From the IMG/VR virus record IMGVR_UViG_3300038318_000173, positions 1 through 47,586 of that record: a stretch of DNA of 47,586 nucleotides; one strand, 5' to 3'. Under the pieces are notes generated by a model. It made no database searches. It saw only the letters and a program-made list of their open reading frames with translations, and had not been told where the DNA came from. Source of the DNA: a virus (taxonomy: Duplodnaviria; Caudoviricetes). Positions 1 through 10,066 of this stretch are shown here, piece after piece. A program made the translations under genes and the position numbers. Numbering within the stretch: position 1 is the stretch's first letter; every line of letters begins with the position of its first letter.

Positions 1-809
1 CATTAAATGGTACTGATTTAGCGGGACTTCAGAAGAATTTAGAAACGGCTCAAAATAGTAAAAATGTTCGAGTGTATAGTGCGGCAAAAGGTTGGCAATA
101 TGAAGCTGACCAAAGTGCTGTTGACGAAGCACAGAAAGCTATTGATGAATACAATCTTAATCAAGAAAAACAAGCAATTCAAAATCAAATTGATGCTTAT
201 GATAATTTCCTAAATGAACAAGAAACTTATTTGAACAAATATATTCAAGAGCTTGAATTAGGGCAAAGTATTGAGGAGGTTGTATTTAAAGACAGAGAAC
301 AAAACTTTACTAACTTTAAAGAGTCGTATCTTGATTATATGAAAGATATGCTCAATGCAGAAGATGAGTATGTAGCGGCTCAGAAAGAAAACTCATTAGT
401 TTCTAATGCTGATAATTTATATGTGGCTATGAGCAAAAGTGGCAAAATATTTTATAGCACAACTTCTCAAGACGCCGCTAATAAGCTCGCTGGATTAGCA
501 AAAGGGACATTAGCTGTTTCTAATAGCGGTATGTATAATGTAAATGAATTGGGAGACGAATTGTTTATTCCCCCAACGGGTAATGCATCATATCTTCAAA
601 AGGGTACAGGTGTTATACCAGCAGGTTTAACTCAAAACCTTATGGAATTAGGTCATTATAATCTTAATGAATTAGCTAATAAAATTGGCGGCTATTCAGG
701 AGGCAATAACGATAATCACTCTGTAAATATTGAGAATTTAACAGTTCAATCCAATAATGCAAATGATTTTGTAAGACAATTACAAAATCTTTCAATAGTA
801 AGTAAATAA
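1..809 (+). CDS. Tail tape measure protein, C-terminal part (5' truncated by window)
   Basis: Coiled-coil-rich ORF open from window start; C-terminus (LAKGT...VNELGDELFIPP...VNIENLTV) typical of phage TMP ends; precedes tail genes. Confidence 0.7.
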   Translation, partial: LNGTDLAGLQKNLETAQNSKNVRVYSAAKGWQYEADQSAVDEAQKAIDEYNLNQEKQAIQNQIDAYDNFLNEQETYLNKYIQELELGQSIEEVVFKDREQNFTNFKESYLDYMKDMLNAEDEYVAAQKENSLVSNADNLYVAMSKSGKIFYSTTSQDAANKLAGLAKGTLAVSNSGMYNVNELGDELFIPPTGNASYLQKGTGVIPAGLTQNLMELGHYNLNELANKIGGYSGGNNDNHSVNIENLTVQSNNANDFVRQLQNLSIVSK

Positions 810-817
810 TTTAATTA

Positions 818-880
818 TATCGGCAATGATTATAGAATACTTAATTGTATTCTATTTTTATTGCCGATAATCTTTTTTTT
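818..880 (+). terminator. Intrinsic terminator-like hairpin after TMP
   Basis: TATCGGCAAT/ATTGCCGATA outer stem, TAGAATAC/GTATTCTA inner stem, then T8. Confidence 0.7.
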
Positions 881-893
881 AGGAGGTGACTAA

Positions 894-2552
894 ATGTTAT
901 ATCAACCTTCTTATCCATCTCCGTATCTTACAAGTATAGATGCTACGACATCAAATACATTCTCATGCTATATAAATGCGGAGGGTGGAACAGCGGTATC
1001 AGAATATATTTTAACTATTAATGATTTATTGGGCAATCAAGTTTATAATAATCATCAATCAATAACTCCTAATTTATATTCTGACCAAATTCTTAATATG
1101 ACCGTTCCTGCAAGTAGTGGCATGACTAATGGAATGGATTATGCGTGGAATTTAACATTGATAGAAGCTAATGCCGATATATGGATAACGTATGGTACAA
1201 TTCAAGATGGAGCAAGTACAACAACAAGTCTTTATTTAAGAAGTTCTAATTTAATTGATGTTAATAATACAACTTCAACATACATTAAAATAAATAATCA
1301 AACTGTAGAAATAACTGCTTATGATAGCACAACGGGCGTAGCAACATTGGGAACAGCACTATCGGTTGTGCCAACTGTAGGCACGTCTTATAATATTTAT
1401 TCAAATGGACTGACATCTAATGATATATACTTTTTGGCAAGGTCTGCGGCGATATTAAGTTCTACCATACCAAATATGATTAATACTAAGTCATATAATT
1501 TCCAAGCGACATGGACACAATCTGAGAATATAAATTGGACATACTTTGAATGGGTGTTATATACAAGTAGTGGCAGTGTTCTTAAAGATAGCGGCAAAAT
1601 ATATAGCGGTGCAATAGAATACGAATTTGACGGAATGATAAATGGGACAACTTATGGAGTCGGTTTAACGGTAGAAAGTGAATATGGGGTTATATCAACA
1701 ATCCCAATTACATATTTTCAGGTGTCGTATGATGTTATAACAATAGATTATGAAGTAAATGTTACGCCTTTATGTGATACAAATGCCAATTTGATTTCGT
1801 GGCAATCTTTTTTAACTAATCAAGGATATTCTGAAGGTAGCGGCACATTGCCATATTATTCGTTGGCGGCTAATCAGCCTTATAGCGGAGGCTCAAGTGT
1901 TAGTGTAAATAAAGGTGCGGATTTATATTGGTATGTTGGCAGTTCTAATTATAAATATAATGTACCAGCCGAATCAACTACTTATATAAATTGGCAAGGT
2001 TCTGAGGGGTATGATGGATTTATGTTTGAAATGGAAGGCTCTCCAGTTGAGCTTACATCGTTCGCTACAGTCCCACCATCGACTTGTAATGTGGGTGATA
2101 GCTATTATAATCGTAACTTGAATTTGATTTATAATGCTATTGCCACTAATGTGTGGTCTCAAATAGGCTATGCACCAAGTGAGGGAGTAATTTATACATT
2201 ATTAACAACAGGACAAAATTATATTGTAGATAATGATTTATTAGTTAAAACTACTCAGTCTACGCCGACATATACAATTAGATATAGTAACGGTGTATTT
2301 TATTATGTAATAGCAAATGGAGATACCAATATTAGTTCATCAGTAGTAGTAGCTGATATTCCAAATGTGTGGCTTTTGGCATCGTCAGGAGCAACACAAC
2401 AAGCTAATTATGAATGGAAAGATACTGCAACATGGAACGATAGTTTATATTGGACAGAATCAACTTTTGCCCAAACTTATCCAAGCACACATTGGTTTAA
2501 GATTACATTGCTTCCAACATCGATACAAGTTGTTGTAAATAATATACAATAG
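894..2552 (+). CDS. Tail/baseplate structural protein (beta-rich)
   Basis: 552 aa, S/T/Y/N-rich, AGGAGG RBS, directly after TMP. Confidence 0.6.
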   Translation: MLYQPSYPSPYLTSIDATTSNTFSCYINAEGGTAVSEYILTINDLLGNQVYNNHQSITPNLYSDQILNMTVPASSGMTNGMDYAWNLTLIEANADIWITYGTIQDGASTTTSLYLRSSNLIDVNNTTSTYIKINNQTVEITAYDSTTGVATLGTALSVVPTVGTSYNIYSNGLTSNDIYFLARSAAILSSTIPNMINTKSYNFQATWTQSENINWTYFEWVLYTSSGSVLKDSGKIYSGAIEYEFDGMINGTTYGVGLTVESEYGVISTIPITYFQVSYDVITIDYEVNVTPLCDTNANLISWQSFLTNQGYSEGSGTLPYYSLAANQPYSGGSSVSVNKGADLYWYVGSSNYKYNVPAESTTYINWQGSEGYDGFMFEMEGSPVELTSFATVPPSTCNVGDSYYNRNLNLIYNAIATNVWSQIGYAPSEGVIYTLLTTGQNYIVDNDLLVKTTQSTPTYTIRYSNGVFYYVIANGDTNISSSVVVADIPNVWLLASSGATQQANYEWKDTATWNDSLYWTESTFAQTYPSTHWFKITLLPTSIQVVVNNIQ

Positions 2553-2568
2553 AAAGGGGGGATAAGAT

Positions 2569-3420
2569 ATGTTAAGCTATAATAAATATAAACTTTATGG
2601 TAATTCATTAACTGATTATATATGGGTACATGATGTAGTAGATAGTCAAACTACGATAGATAGTACAACAGGATATACTTATGCCCCACAATGGGATAGT
2701 AAAACTGTTTTTCTTGCTCCTTTTACTGAAAATATTAATGGTGGTGAGGGTACGGTCTCAACAGGAAATGTTATAAATTGGTTAATATATCGACAAGATG
2801 GGACAAACCAAACATTAAATTATATTGGTTCAGTGCCAGCATCGCAAAGTAATCTTATTGATTATGGCATACTCAATAATGCACAATACAAGTATATAAT
2901 TTATGGAGAAACTGATAGCGCGTTAACTACTCCAATATCACAACAAGACATTCAACAAACGTCATGGTGGAATTGGAGTCTCGTGGGATTAATTGAAACT
3001 GATAAAGATAATCAATTTTATGGTGATACAAATAATATATGGTTGTTTGATTCTAATTTGACATCTAACGCATTGGAACAAAATGTAGATAAAACAATAA
3101 TGAACAACTTTACACAATTTCCAAAGGTATCTACTGGTCAAATGAATTATATTACGACAGGGATTACCGCATTATTGTCTAATGTAGACAAAACTACTGG
3201 CAAATATACTGATAGTGTAAACTTATATAATAAATTTAATGCGTTTATAGCAGACAGTTCATTAAAATTATTGCGTGATAGAAAAGGCAACGGATGGATT
3301 GTATCAACCGATAAATGTTCGGCTAACTACAACGATGTAACTTCTGAGCAAATGATAACTGTAAACTTTACGGTTACACAATTAGATACTTTAAGCGGAA
3401 ATAGTGTTATAGGAGGATAA
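2569..3420 (+). CDS. Tail protein (distal-tail-like)
   Basis: 283 aa; C-terminal KLLRDRKGNGWIV...VNFTVTQ resembles phage tail proteins; synteny. Confidence 0.55.
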   Translation: MLSYNKYKLYGNSLTDYIWVHDVVDSQTTIDSTTGYTYAPQWDSKTVFLAPFTENINGGEGTVSTGNVINWLIYRQDGTNQTLNYIGSVPASQSNLIDYGILNNAQYKYIIYGETDSALTTPISQQDIQQTSWWNWSLVGLIETDKDNQFYGDTNNIWLFDSNLTSNALEQNVDKTIMNNFTQFPKVSTGQMNYITTGITALLSNVDKTTGKYTDSVNLYNKFNAFIADSSLKLLRDRKGNGWIVSTDKCSANYNDVTSEQMITVNFTVTQLDTLSGNSVIGG

Positions 3421-3423
3421 AAA

Positions 3424-4623
3424 ATGGCTGAATATGATTATCATTCTTTTTCACCTCTTAAATATATTAAAGCAATAAAAGCTAATGAAATTAGACCGAG
3501 ATTTAGATTGTTTATATTAAATCAAGATGAGTCGTTTAAAGAAGATATAAGTGATTATATAGTTCCAGCATCAGGGACTTTAAATATTACATATCAACAG
3601 GGGCAACGTAGAAGCCTAAATTTCACTCTGAATAATAGTGATGGACAATTTACGCCGAATGGACTACAAGGTAAAATTTGGATAAATACAAAATTTCAAT
3701 TAGAATTAGGAATAGCACTGACAAATGGCGACACTGTTTGGAATAGTGCTGGGGTATTTTTAATTGGGAATCCTGAAGTATTAAGAAATTTGTCTGATAG
3801 AACAATACAAATGCAATGCTATGATAAATTTGCATTGTTAGACGGTACTTTGGGAGGAAATTTAGATATTACATATCAAATTAATGCTAACGAGAATATA
3901 CATTCTGTTATGACAGAGATATTGATGATGCAAAATGGAAATGGTTATCCATTAGACAGCAAACCGATTGTATTTGATAGTTTATACAAAGACGCAACAA
4001 CACAATATATTTTATCTAAAGCACCGAATGACTCTTATGGAGCGATGTTAATAGATTTAGCAAATATGATTTCATGTGATATATTTTATGGCACAGACGG
4101 CAATTTAGTTGTCCAAAGTGGTATAAAAGACATATCGCAAGTAAATAAGCCAATATTATGGACTTTTGATGATACGGAGTATGAATATTTGTCAAATAAT
4201 ACAAGTTATAATTTCACAAGTGTGAGGAATAAAATGACAGTGGTTGGTGCGAATGTAAGCGGAAGTGCTATGTATGAAGGGATTGCTATTAATGATAATC
4301 CACAATCCTCAAATAGAATTGATATAATTGGTATAAAAAATGCTTACATTACCGATAGCAATATTTATTCTAACTCTTTGGCACAACAACGAGCTGAATA
4401 CGAATTAAATAAAGTATCAATGGTTCAAGAGGCGATTTCGGTGACATCTTCATATATGATTCATTTAGATGTTAATAACTGTATTGTATTAAAAGACTCA
4501 TTTTTTAATTATAGTACAAATAAATTTGTTATACAATCATTATCCATTCCAATATCTTCGAGTTCACAAATAACAATAACGTGTAGTAATGTGGGTAGTT
4601 TACCATATTACGAAACGACATAG
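3424..4623 (+). CDS. Baseplate hub / Tal-like tail protein
   Basis: 399 aa; RRSLNFTL, CYDKFALLDG, AQQRAEYEL, HLDVNNCI segments fit hub proteins; synteny. Confidence 0.65.
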   Translation: MAEYDYHSFSPLKYIKAIKANEIRPRFRLFILNQDESFKEDISDYIVPASGTLNITYQQGQRRSLNFTLNNSDGQFTPNGLQGKIWINTKFQLELGIALTNGDTVWNSAGVFLIGNPEVLRNLSDRTIQMQCYDKFALLDGTLGGNLDITYQINANENIHSVMTEILMMQNGNGYPLDSKPIVFDSLYKDATTQYILSKAPNDSYGAMLIDLANMISCDIFYGTDGNLVVQSGIKDISQVNKPILWTFDDTEYEYLSNNTSYNFTSVRNKMTVVGANVSGSAMYEGIAINDNPQSSNRIDIIGIKNAYITDSNIYSNSLAQQRAEYELNKVSMVQEAISVTSSYMIHLDVNNCIVLKDSFFNYSTNKFVIQSLSIPISSSSQITITCSNVGSLPYYETT

Positions 4624-4637
4624 AAAGGAGAAACGGA

Positions 4638-6032
4638 ATGACAAACGAGGAATTAACCAGTTTAATAACTACGGTTAAAAATATAGCACAAGTAGAATGT
4701 ACTAAAATATTATCCGAACGAAATGTTGAGAGTGTACTTTATGGGACTATTACGAGTATAAGTGGCTCAGACTATACGGTTATAATTGCAGGAGGCACAG
4801 AAGAATATACTACATTAAAAAATAAATCGAGTTCGTATTTATCAGTAGGCGATAATGTCATAGTAAAGGCGATAGATGGTAACACGGGAAACGGATATAT
4901 TGCGGCTAAATTAGGGGAAAGTTTTGATGTATCAAATGTATTTTGGGCAGATGCGGACGGAGCGCATATTAGCTCAACCCAAAGTGCCACTACGGGTAAA
5001 AATTTGTTGATAAATTCTGAGGGTATGCAGGTAAGAGATGGTACAACTCCAATAGCTTCTTATACTGATATGGGAGCTGTAATAGGGAAAGATAGCAACT
5101 CTCAGGTATCTATAACGAATAACAGCATAACATTGTCTATTCCACCAGTGATAGAAAAATATTCATTTTTAGGAGACATATTCTCGGTAAGGTCTTATAA
5201 TGTTGGAGATAATGTCGTAACAGATGTTTTTTATGGAGACCCAATCAGAGATAAATATTATACATCTAAACCAATTAAAAACAATGTTATTACGTCTGCT
5301 TATTTAACTACGGGTAATGGCGATACTATTAATTTTATACTAGATACAGATTATACTCCGTGGCAATGTGCAATACAAATAACGCTTGAAGGCATAACTA
5401 AGTGGTCTCAATATTCTGAAGCAACTTTAACTGTTGTATACAATGAAGCTACTGACAATCCATATGTTTATATAGGGACGTTGGATGATAACCACGCTGG
5501 GACATTATCATTTTTGGTAGGATATAATAATTATGCCGAAGCAAGTTTCGCATTTGCTCAAGGAAATAATGCATATATAACAGATAGAGCCGCAAATGCT
5601 TCAGCGATGGGGCAAGAGTGTTCAGTATTTGCACAAGCCGCACACGCACAGGGAGACCACTGTTCTGCAATGGGGTATGCTTCCCATTCCGAAGGTTCGT
5701 ATAGTGTTACTGGTTCTTCTTCTGACACTTCGCTAGGCTTTGCGGCTCACGCCGAAGGCGCAGATACTCAAGCTAAGGGTTCATACTCTCATGCCGAAGG
5801 ATATTCGACTATAGCATCAGGAGCATACTCTCATGCGGGAGGTTTATGGACTACCGCATCTAGTAATTGGCAAACTGTTATCGGAAAATATAATATAAAT
5901 GATGCTAATGACACATACATATTTATAGTCGGCAATGGCACGGCATATAATAGTTTATCCAACGCTCTAACAGTAGATGCGAGTGGTAACGTAAAAATAA
6001 AAGGCACATTAACACAAAATGCAACATGGTAA
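4638..6032 (+). CDS. Tail fibre/receptor-binding protein with YadA-head-like (A/S)HAEG repeats
   Basis: C-terminal ~14-aa repeats AHAQG, SHSEG, AHAEG, SHAEG, SHAGG followed by FIVGNG...NALTVD. Confidence 0.7.
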   Translation: MTNEELTSLITTVKNIAQVECTKILSERNVESVLYGTITSISGSDYTVIIAGGTEEYTTLKNKSSSYLSVGDNVIVKAIDGNTGNGYIAAKLGESFDVSNVFWADADGAHISSTQSATTGKNLLINSEGMQVRDGTTPIASYTDMGAVIGKDSNSQVSITNNSITLSIPPVIEKYSFLGDIFSVRSYNVGDNVVTDVFYGDPIRDKYYTSKPIKNNVITSAYLTTGNGDTINFILDTDYTPWQCAIQITLEGITKWSQYSEATLTVVYNEATDNPYVYIGTLDDNHAGTLSFLVGYNNYAEASFAFAQGNNAYITDRAANASAMGQECSVFAQAAHAQGDHCSAMGYASHSEGSYSVTGSSSDTSLGFAAHAEGADTQAKGSYSHAEGYSTIASGAYSHAGGLWTTASSNWQTVIGKYNINDANDTYIFIVGNGTAYNSLSNALTVDASGNVKIKGTLTQNATW

Positions 6033-6046
6033 AGGAGGATGATTAA

Positions 6047-7033
6047 ATGAATTATACATGGATAGATATTGCGAACGAAGAAATTGCAAGTTCTGTTAGA
6101 AATAAATTAAATGGAGCGGGGGCACAAATACCTCAGTTGCAATCACAGATAACAGAAAATAAAGCTACGATAAACGGGATAAGCATTGGTGTGCGAAATC
6201 TGCTGTTGCAGTCGGGAGTGGAGGTAAGCAACGCTAACTATTTGGTCGCAACATATGTGCCATCATCGCCGCTTGTAGCAGGTAAAGAATACACAGTATC
6301 CATCGACATCACACCGTCGCCTACAGCGACGCATTACGGCGTCTACGTGTCGCGAGCTTACTCGGAAATGGCTATTTTGATCCCGTCAGGGACAGAGAGA
6401 CAGATCCTGAAAAAGACGTTCACGGCGAAATACAGTGCAGGCCGTACTCCAGCCGACAATGTGCGCAATGGCGACGTCGCAATATACAGATTACCGAGCA
6501 CCGACACTGGCACTACAACAATCCACTCTATCAAAATTGAGTCTGGCAACCGCGCTACGGACTGGACTCCCGCGCCCGAAGATGTACAGTCTGGGATAGA
6601 CGCGGCTCAGAGCTCGGCAGACGGAGCTCAGTCTACCGCCGAGTCGATGCTCGACCGCATATATCCGGTAGGAGCTGTGTACATAAGCGTAGCGAGCACA
6701 TCTCCAGCTACACTGTTCGGCGGTACCTGGACACAAATTAAAGACACTTTCTTGCTTGGTGCAGGCGACACGTATTCGGCTGGAGCGACAGGCGGCGAAG
6801 CGGCGCACACGCTTACTACTGAGGAGATGCCAAATCACAACCATAAGAGCGTCTCAGGATATACCAATAGTGCTCTTCCTGATTATTTTGGTGGGTCAAC
6901 TGCTAATTTCGGTATTGGCAATGCTAATACCAACAGTACCACATTCTTAACAAGTAGCACTGTAGGTGGCGGTGGTGCCCATAACAATATGCCTCCATAT
7001 TTAACAGTATATATGTGGCAAAGAACAGCATAA
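6047..7033 (+). CDS. Tail fibre/baseplate protein (carbohydrate-binding-like module plus gp10/collar-like C-terminus)
   Basis: GVRNLL...IKIESGNRATDWTPAPED module; IYPVGAVYIS..SPATLFGGTW, GGEAAHTLT.EEMPNHNH, HNNMPPYLTVYMWQRTA. Confidence 0.75.
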   Translation: MNYTWIDIANEEIASSVRNKLNGAGAQIPQLQSQITENKATINGISIGVRNLLLQSGVEVSNANYLVATYVPSSPLVAGKEYTVSIDITPSPTATHYGVYVSRAYSEMAILIPSGTERQILKKTFTAKYSAGRTPADNVRNGDVAIYRLPSTDTGTTTIHSIKIESGNRATDWTPAPEDVQSGIDAAQSSADGAQSTAESMLDRIYPVGAVYISVASTSPATLFGGTWTQIKDTFLLGAGDTYSAGATGGEAAHTLTTEEMPNHNHKSVSGYTNSALPDYFGGSTANFGIGNANTNSTTFLTSSTVGGGGAHNNMPPYLTVYMWQRTA

Positions 7034-7073
7034 TATTTCATTCAATAAAAAAAATAGGGAAGGGATAAAATCA

Positions 7074-7361
7074 ATGAGCATCAATCCACAAATAGGTTGG
7101 CAAGTTATTGTAGTAATATCTGTAATTCTCGGCATACTCGTTTCAACGACACAATTAAAAGCACCAATCAATAGCCTTATAACTGAAGTGGCGAGATTGT
7201 CAGAGAGAATGGTCGGACTAACAGCAACACTCGACAGAGTAAATAAAGATGTTCAAGATAACGAAGAAAAAAATTGCCTTGAACATAAAAAAATGTCGGA
7301 CGATATTGTAAAACACGAAACAAGAATAACTGTTCTCGAAAAAGAGAGAAAAAAGTTCTGA
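7074..7361 (+). CDS. Small membrane-anchored coiled-coil protein of lysis module (holin accessory-like)
   Basis: N-terminal TM, coiled coil ending HETRITVLEK, upstream of holin. Confidence 0.5.
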   Translation: MSINPQIGWQVIVVISVILGILVSTTQLKAPINSLITEVARLSERMVGLTATLDRVNKDVQDNEEKNCLEHKKMSDDIVKHETRITVLEKERKKF

Positions 7362-7404
7362 GATTAGATATTAGATATAAGTTTAAGTTAAAAGGAGAAA
7401 TAAC

Positions 7405-7671
7405 ATGAAAGAGCAGAAAATTACAAAAGGAACTATCATCAGAACAGCGTGCCTTGTATTGGCACTCGCAAACATGGTGCTTAAAGCGACAGGGCATGAC
7501 GTGCTTCCGATTGATGATGCACAGATAAACGCATTTGTCACAGACGGTTTCATCATGGTCACTGCGCTTGTAGCATGGTGGAAGAACAACAGCTTCACTC
7601 ATTCAGCAAAACAGGGCGATGCAGTTAAGAGAGAATTAAAAGCGGCAAACAAGATAGAAAGAGAGGCATAG
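7405..7671 (+). CDS. Holin, SPP1 family
   Basis: ITKGTIIRT..L.LAL.N ... AWWKNNSFT..A signature. Confidence 0.9.
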   Translation: MKEQKITKGTIIRTACLVLALANMVLKATGHDVLPIDDAQINAFVTDGFIMVTALVAWWKNNSFTHSAKQGDAVKRELKAANKIEREA

Positions 7672-7672
7672 T

Positions 7673-8428
7673 ATGTCGGTATTATCTATTGCACAGAGTC
7701 AAGTTGGTGTAAAGGCAACAAATTATTGCAGATGCAAATACAATGATTGGTTTTACGGTCATGTTGTCAGTGGAATGTGTTATGCGTGGTGTGCGGTATT
7801 TATGGCATGGTGTTTCAGACACGCAGATTGTTGGTCGAGAATTAGTGGCATACCGTATAAGGCAGGTGTCGCATCATGGCGAGATTGGGCGAAAAAAAAC
7901 GGACGGTGGGATAACAAACCATGCAAAGGTGCATTAGTTATCTTCTCGTGGGGGCATAACGGTTCAGCCGACCACATAGGAATTGTTGAACGAGTAGTTA
8001 ATGGCTCAACAATAATCACGATAGAGGGCAACACGGGCGGTGGCAACGGTGCAGTCATGCGGAGAACACGCAGAAGATCAGATGTACTCGGATATATCCA
8101 TGTTACGATATATCCACCGTCATCACCGTCAAAGCCGATAGCGAAAAAGGCAGTCGCTATCGGTACAGTCAAGTGTTTTGGAACGCATGGCAAGACATGG
8201 TGGATTGGAAAGAAAAACGGTAAGCGTATCTACACTGACGCTCTATTGATAAAGAACAAGAAAGCGACAGGGTATAAAGGCAAGGCGACAGGCAAGGATA
8301 TATACGCAACGGGTACGGTGTTCTGTTATAACACTCACGGCAAAGGCGCAAATCAGTTATGGCTTATATCTCCAAATGACGACGTGCGGATTCCAAGCGG
8401 CTTAATTAAGAATAAGAAAACAATATAA
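7673..8428 (+). CDS. Endolysin, CHAP domain plus basic C-terminal binding region
   Basis: AWCAVF (catalytic Cys), DHIGIVE (His), TIEGNT; follows holin. Confidence 0.9.
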   Translation: MSVLSIAQSQVGVKATNYCRCKYNDWFYGHVVSGMCYAWCAVFMAWCFRHADCWSRISGIPYKAGVASWRDWAKKNGRWDNKPCKGALVIFSWGHNGSADHIGIVERVVNGSTIITIEGNTGGGNGAVMRRTRRRSDVLGYIHVTIYPPSSPSKPIAKKAVAIGTVKCFGTHGKTWWIGKKNGKRIYTDALLIKNKKATGYKGKATGKDIYATGTVFCYNTHGKGANQLWLISPNDDVRIPSGLIKNKKTI

Positions 8429-8438
8429 ACTTAATTTT

Positions 8439-8467
8439 AAAAGGCATATAAACATATGCCTTTTTTT
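8439..8467. terminator. Bidirectional intrinsic terminator between convergent modules
   Basis: AAAAGGCATAT-aaac-ATATGCCTTTTTTT. Confidence 0.85.
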
Positions 8468-8471
8468 CATC

Positions 8472-8812
8472 TTAATTATCGGCAGAACCAAATCCGCTAT
8501 TTCTGTTATTTATCTCAAATAGATTATCATAGTTCGGTTCTGATATATATTCACTTATAATGCCTTGCACAAATTTATCTCCTTGGCTCAAAGAGACTAC
8601 TCTATCACTATTATTTATTAATGTTATTAATATGTGTCCTTCGTTGTCAGATTGACAATAATCAGCGTCTATAATGCCCACAGTATTTACTAATGTTATT
8701 CCATATTTATATCCAAGACTTGAGCGTGGATAAATTTTTAGAAAGGGTATGGATTGCTTGACAAATACATATCCTCGCTAAATTGTTCCAATGATACTTT
8801 ATTGAAAATCAT
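8472..8812 (-). pseudogene. dut: Trimeric dUTPase with internal deletion and frameshift
   Basis: ATG at 8812 gives MIFNKVSLEQFSEDM... then stop; another frame gives FLKIYPRSSLG...NTVGIIDADY...GHI...FVQGI...RNSGFGSA; motif-1 (SAGYD) region absent. Confidence 0.8.
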
Positions 8813-9380
8813 ATTTCCATCTTCCACTTATTATCTTATCAACTATTGTTTTAAATTCATCTTCTTTGCAACAGTTTTTGTTTTCTTTTATATTCTTATT
8901 CCATGGTTTGTTAACGCAATAGCACTTACCCCCTATTTCAATGATTCTTTTTAAGTTGACAGGACTGTCGTCAATGAAAATGTCGCCATTGAGTAAATAC
9001 TTGTCGTGTATAGTTATGACCTGTTTTGACGCTATAAAGTTAAAAAAATGTAAGAAATATTGGATTTTAACAGTAGCGTTGGTATAATGTGTAGATGTTG
9101 CGAAATACAGTTTTACATTGGGCGAATCGTTAAGCCTTTTAAGCGTATCATAAGTATGTGGCTCAATATACTTATAAATAAAATCATAGAAACTTGCTAA
9201 TTTTAATATTTCCCAAAAGAACTTTGTATTCTTAGGTTTTGTGCATTTTACAATATCCCAATCAGTTACATCGTTTTTGTTAAGAGTATCTTCATCTTTA
9301 TTATATTTATTGTAATAATCTATCCAAGCGTCTACCAATTCCCATAGGACATCATCAATATCACAAATTACTGTTATCAT
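8799..9380 (-). CDS. 5'(3')-deoxyribonucleotidase, HAD/NT5C family
   Basis: DIDDVL motif I, K.LLNGDIFIDDSP.NL, PWN. Confidence 0.85.
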   Translation of the reverse strand: MITVICDIDDVLWELVDAWIDYYNKYNKDEDTLNKNDVTDWDIVKCTKPKNTKFFWEILKLASFYDFIYKYIEPHTYDTLKRLNDSPNVKLYFATSTHYTNATVKIQYFLHFFNFIASKQVITIHDKYLLNGDIFIDDSPVNLKRIIEIGGKCYCVNKPWNKNIKENKNCCKEDEFKTIVDKIISGRWKYDFQ

Positions 9381-9571
9381 TATTTTTTCTCCGAAATGTT
9401 ATAAAAGTTTTTATAGCTTATCCAATATGACCAAAGTTGGTCATATTCTTCTTTAGGCAACATTGCCCAATTTGTTATATCTCGCATTGCACAAAATTCA
9501 CCGAAATTATAAGCCATTTTATGATTGAATTTATGCTTTGCTTTTTTTCGTTTATTGTATGAGTGGCTCAT
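9380..9571 (-). CDS. Hypothetical protein
   Basis: 63 aa, GGAGG RBS, abutting neighbours. Confidence 0.6.
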   Translation of the reverse strand: MSHSYNKRKKAKHKFNHKMAYNFGEFCAMRDITNWAMLPKEEYDQLWSYWISYKNFYNISEKK

Positions 9572-9790
9572 TTATACCTCCAAAATATATCGCTTATAAT
9601 TTACGGTTTCACCATATCTGTTAGTTGCAGTTTCTATCTCGCTTTTTATCTTATATCCCATATCTTTAATGTCAAATATTCTTGCCGAAAGTCGTGTTAT
9701 ACCATATTCCTGAATAGCTTCCCAAGTTGTAATTGAGTTATAATCTTTAAGATGACGAAGTATGCGTTCTGTCTGTGTAGTAGATTTCAT
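9572..9790 (-). CDS. Winged helix-turn-helix protein
   Basis: TQTERILRHL...SITTWEA...GITRLSARIFDIK..GY.I phage wHTH pattern. Confidence 0.75.
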   Translation of the reverse strand: MKSTTQTERILRHLKDYNSITTWEAIQEYGITRLSARIFDIKDMGYKIKSEIETATNRYGETVNYKRYILEV

Positions 9791-9792
9791 AT

Positions 9793-9975
9793 TTAATTCT
9801 CCTTTTCATTATTTTTAAAAGCATTGAACGCCCCAATAACTATAAGTAGTGTGCAAAGCCCACAACATACAAGTCCTATATTTGCTATTACCAAACTATA
9901 AGGAATGGATATTAGCGTAATCGGAATCATTAGAACCTCGATTAGCAGTAATATTATTGACTGATATATTTTCAT
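9793..9975 (-). CDS. Small two-TM membrane protein
   Basis: 60 aa hydrophobic, GGAGG RBS, first gene after promoter at 10029-10057. Confidence 0.7.
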   Translation of the reverse strand: MKIYQSIILLLIEVLMIPITLISIPYSLVIANIGLVCCGLCTLLIVIGAFNAFKNNEKEN

Positions 9976-10028
9976 TTTTTACCTCCATAAAAAATATGCT
10001 ATAATGTTTATCTTTATCTGATATAGGT

Positions 10029-10057
10029 ATTATAGCATATTTATAGGGGATTGTCAA
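10029..10057 (-). promoter_or_regulatory. Sigma-A consensus promoter with extended -10
   Basis: TTGACA-17-TATAAT with TG at extended position. Confidence 0.85.
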
Positions 10058-10066
10058 TGGGCTATT

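Noticed and set aside
4638-7033. Diversity-generating retroelement or invertible tail-fibre cassette
   Set aside because: No reverse transcriptase, template/variable repeat pair or invertase with inverted fibre segments seen in the window
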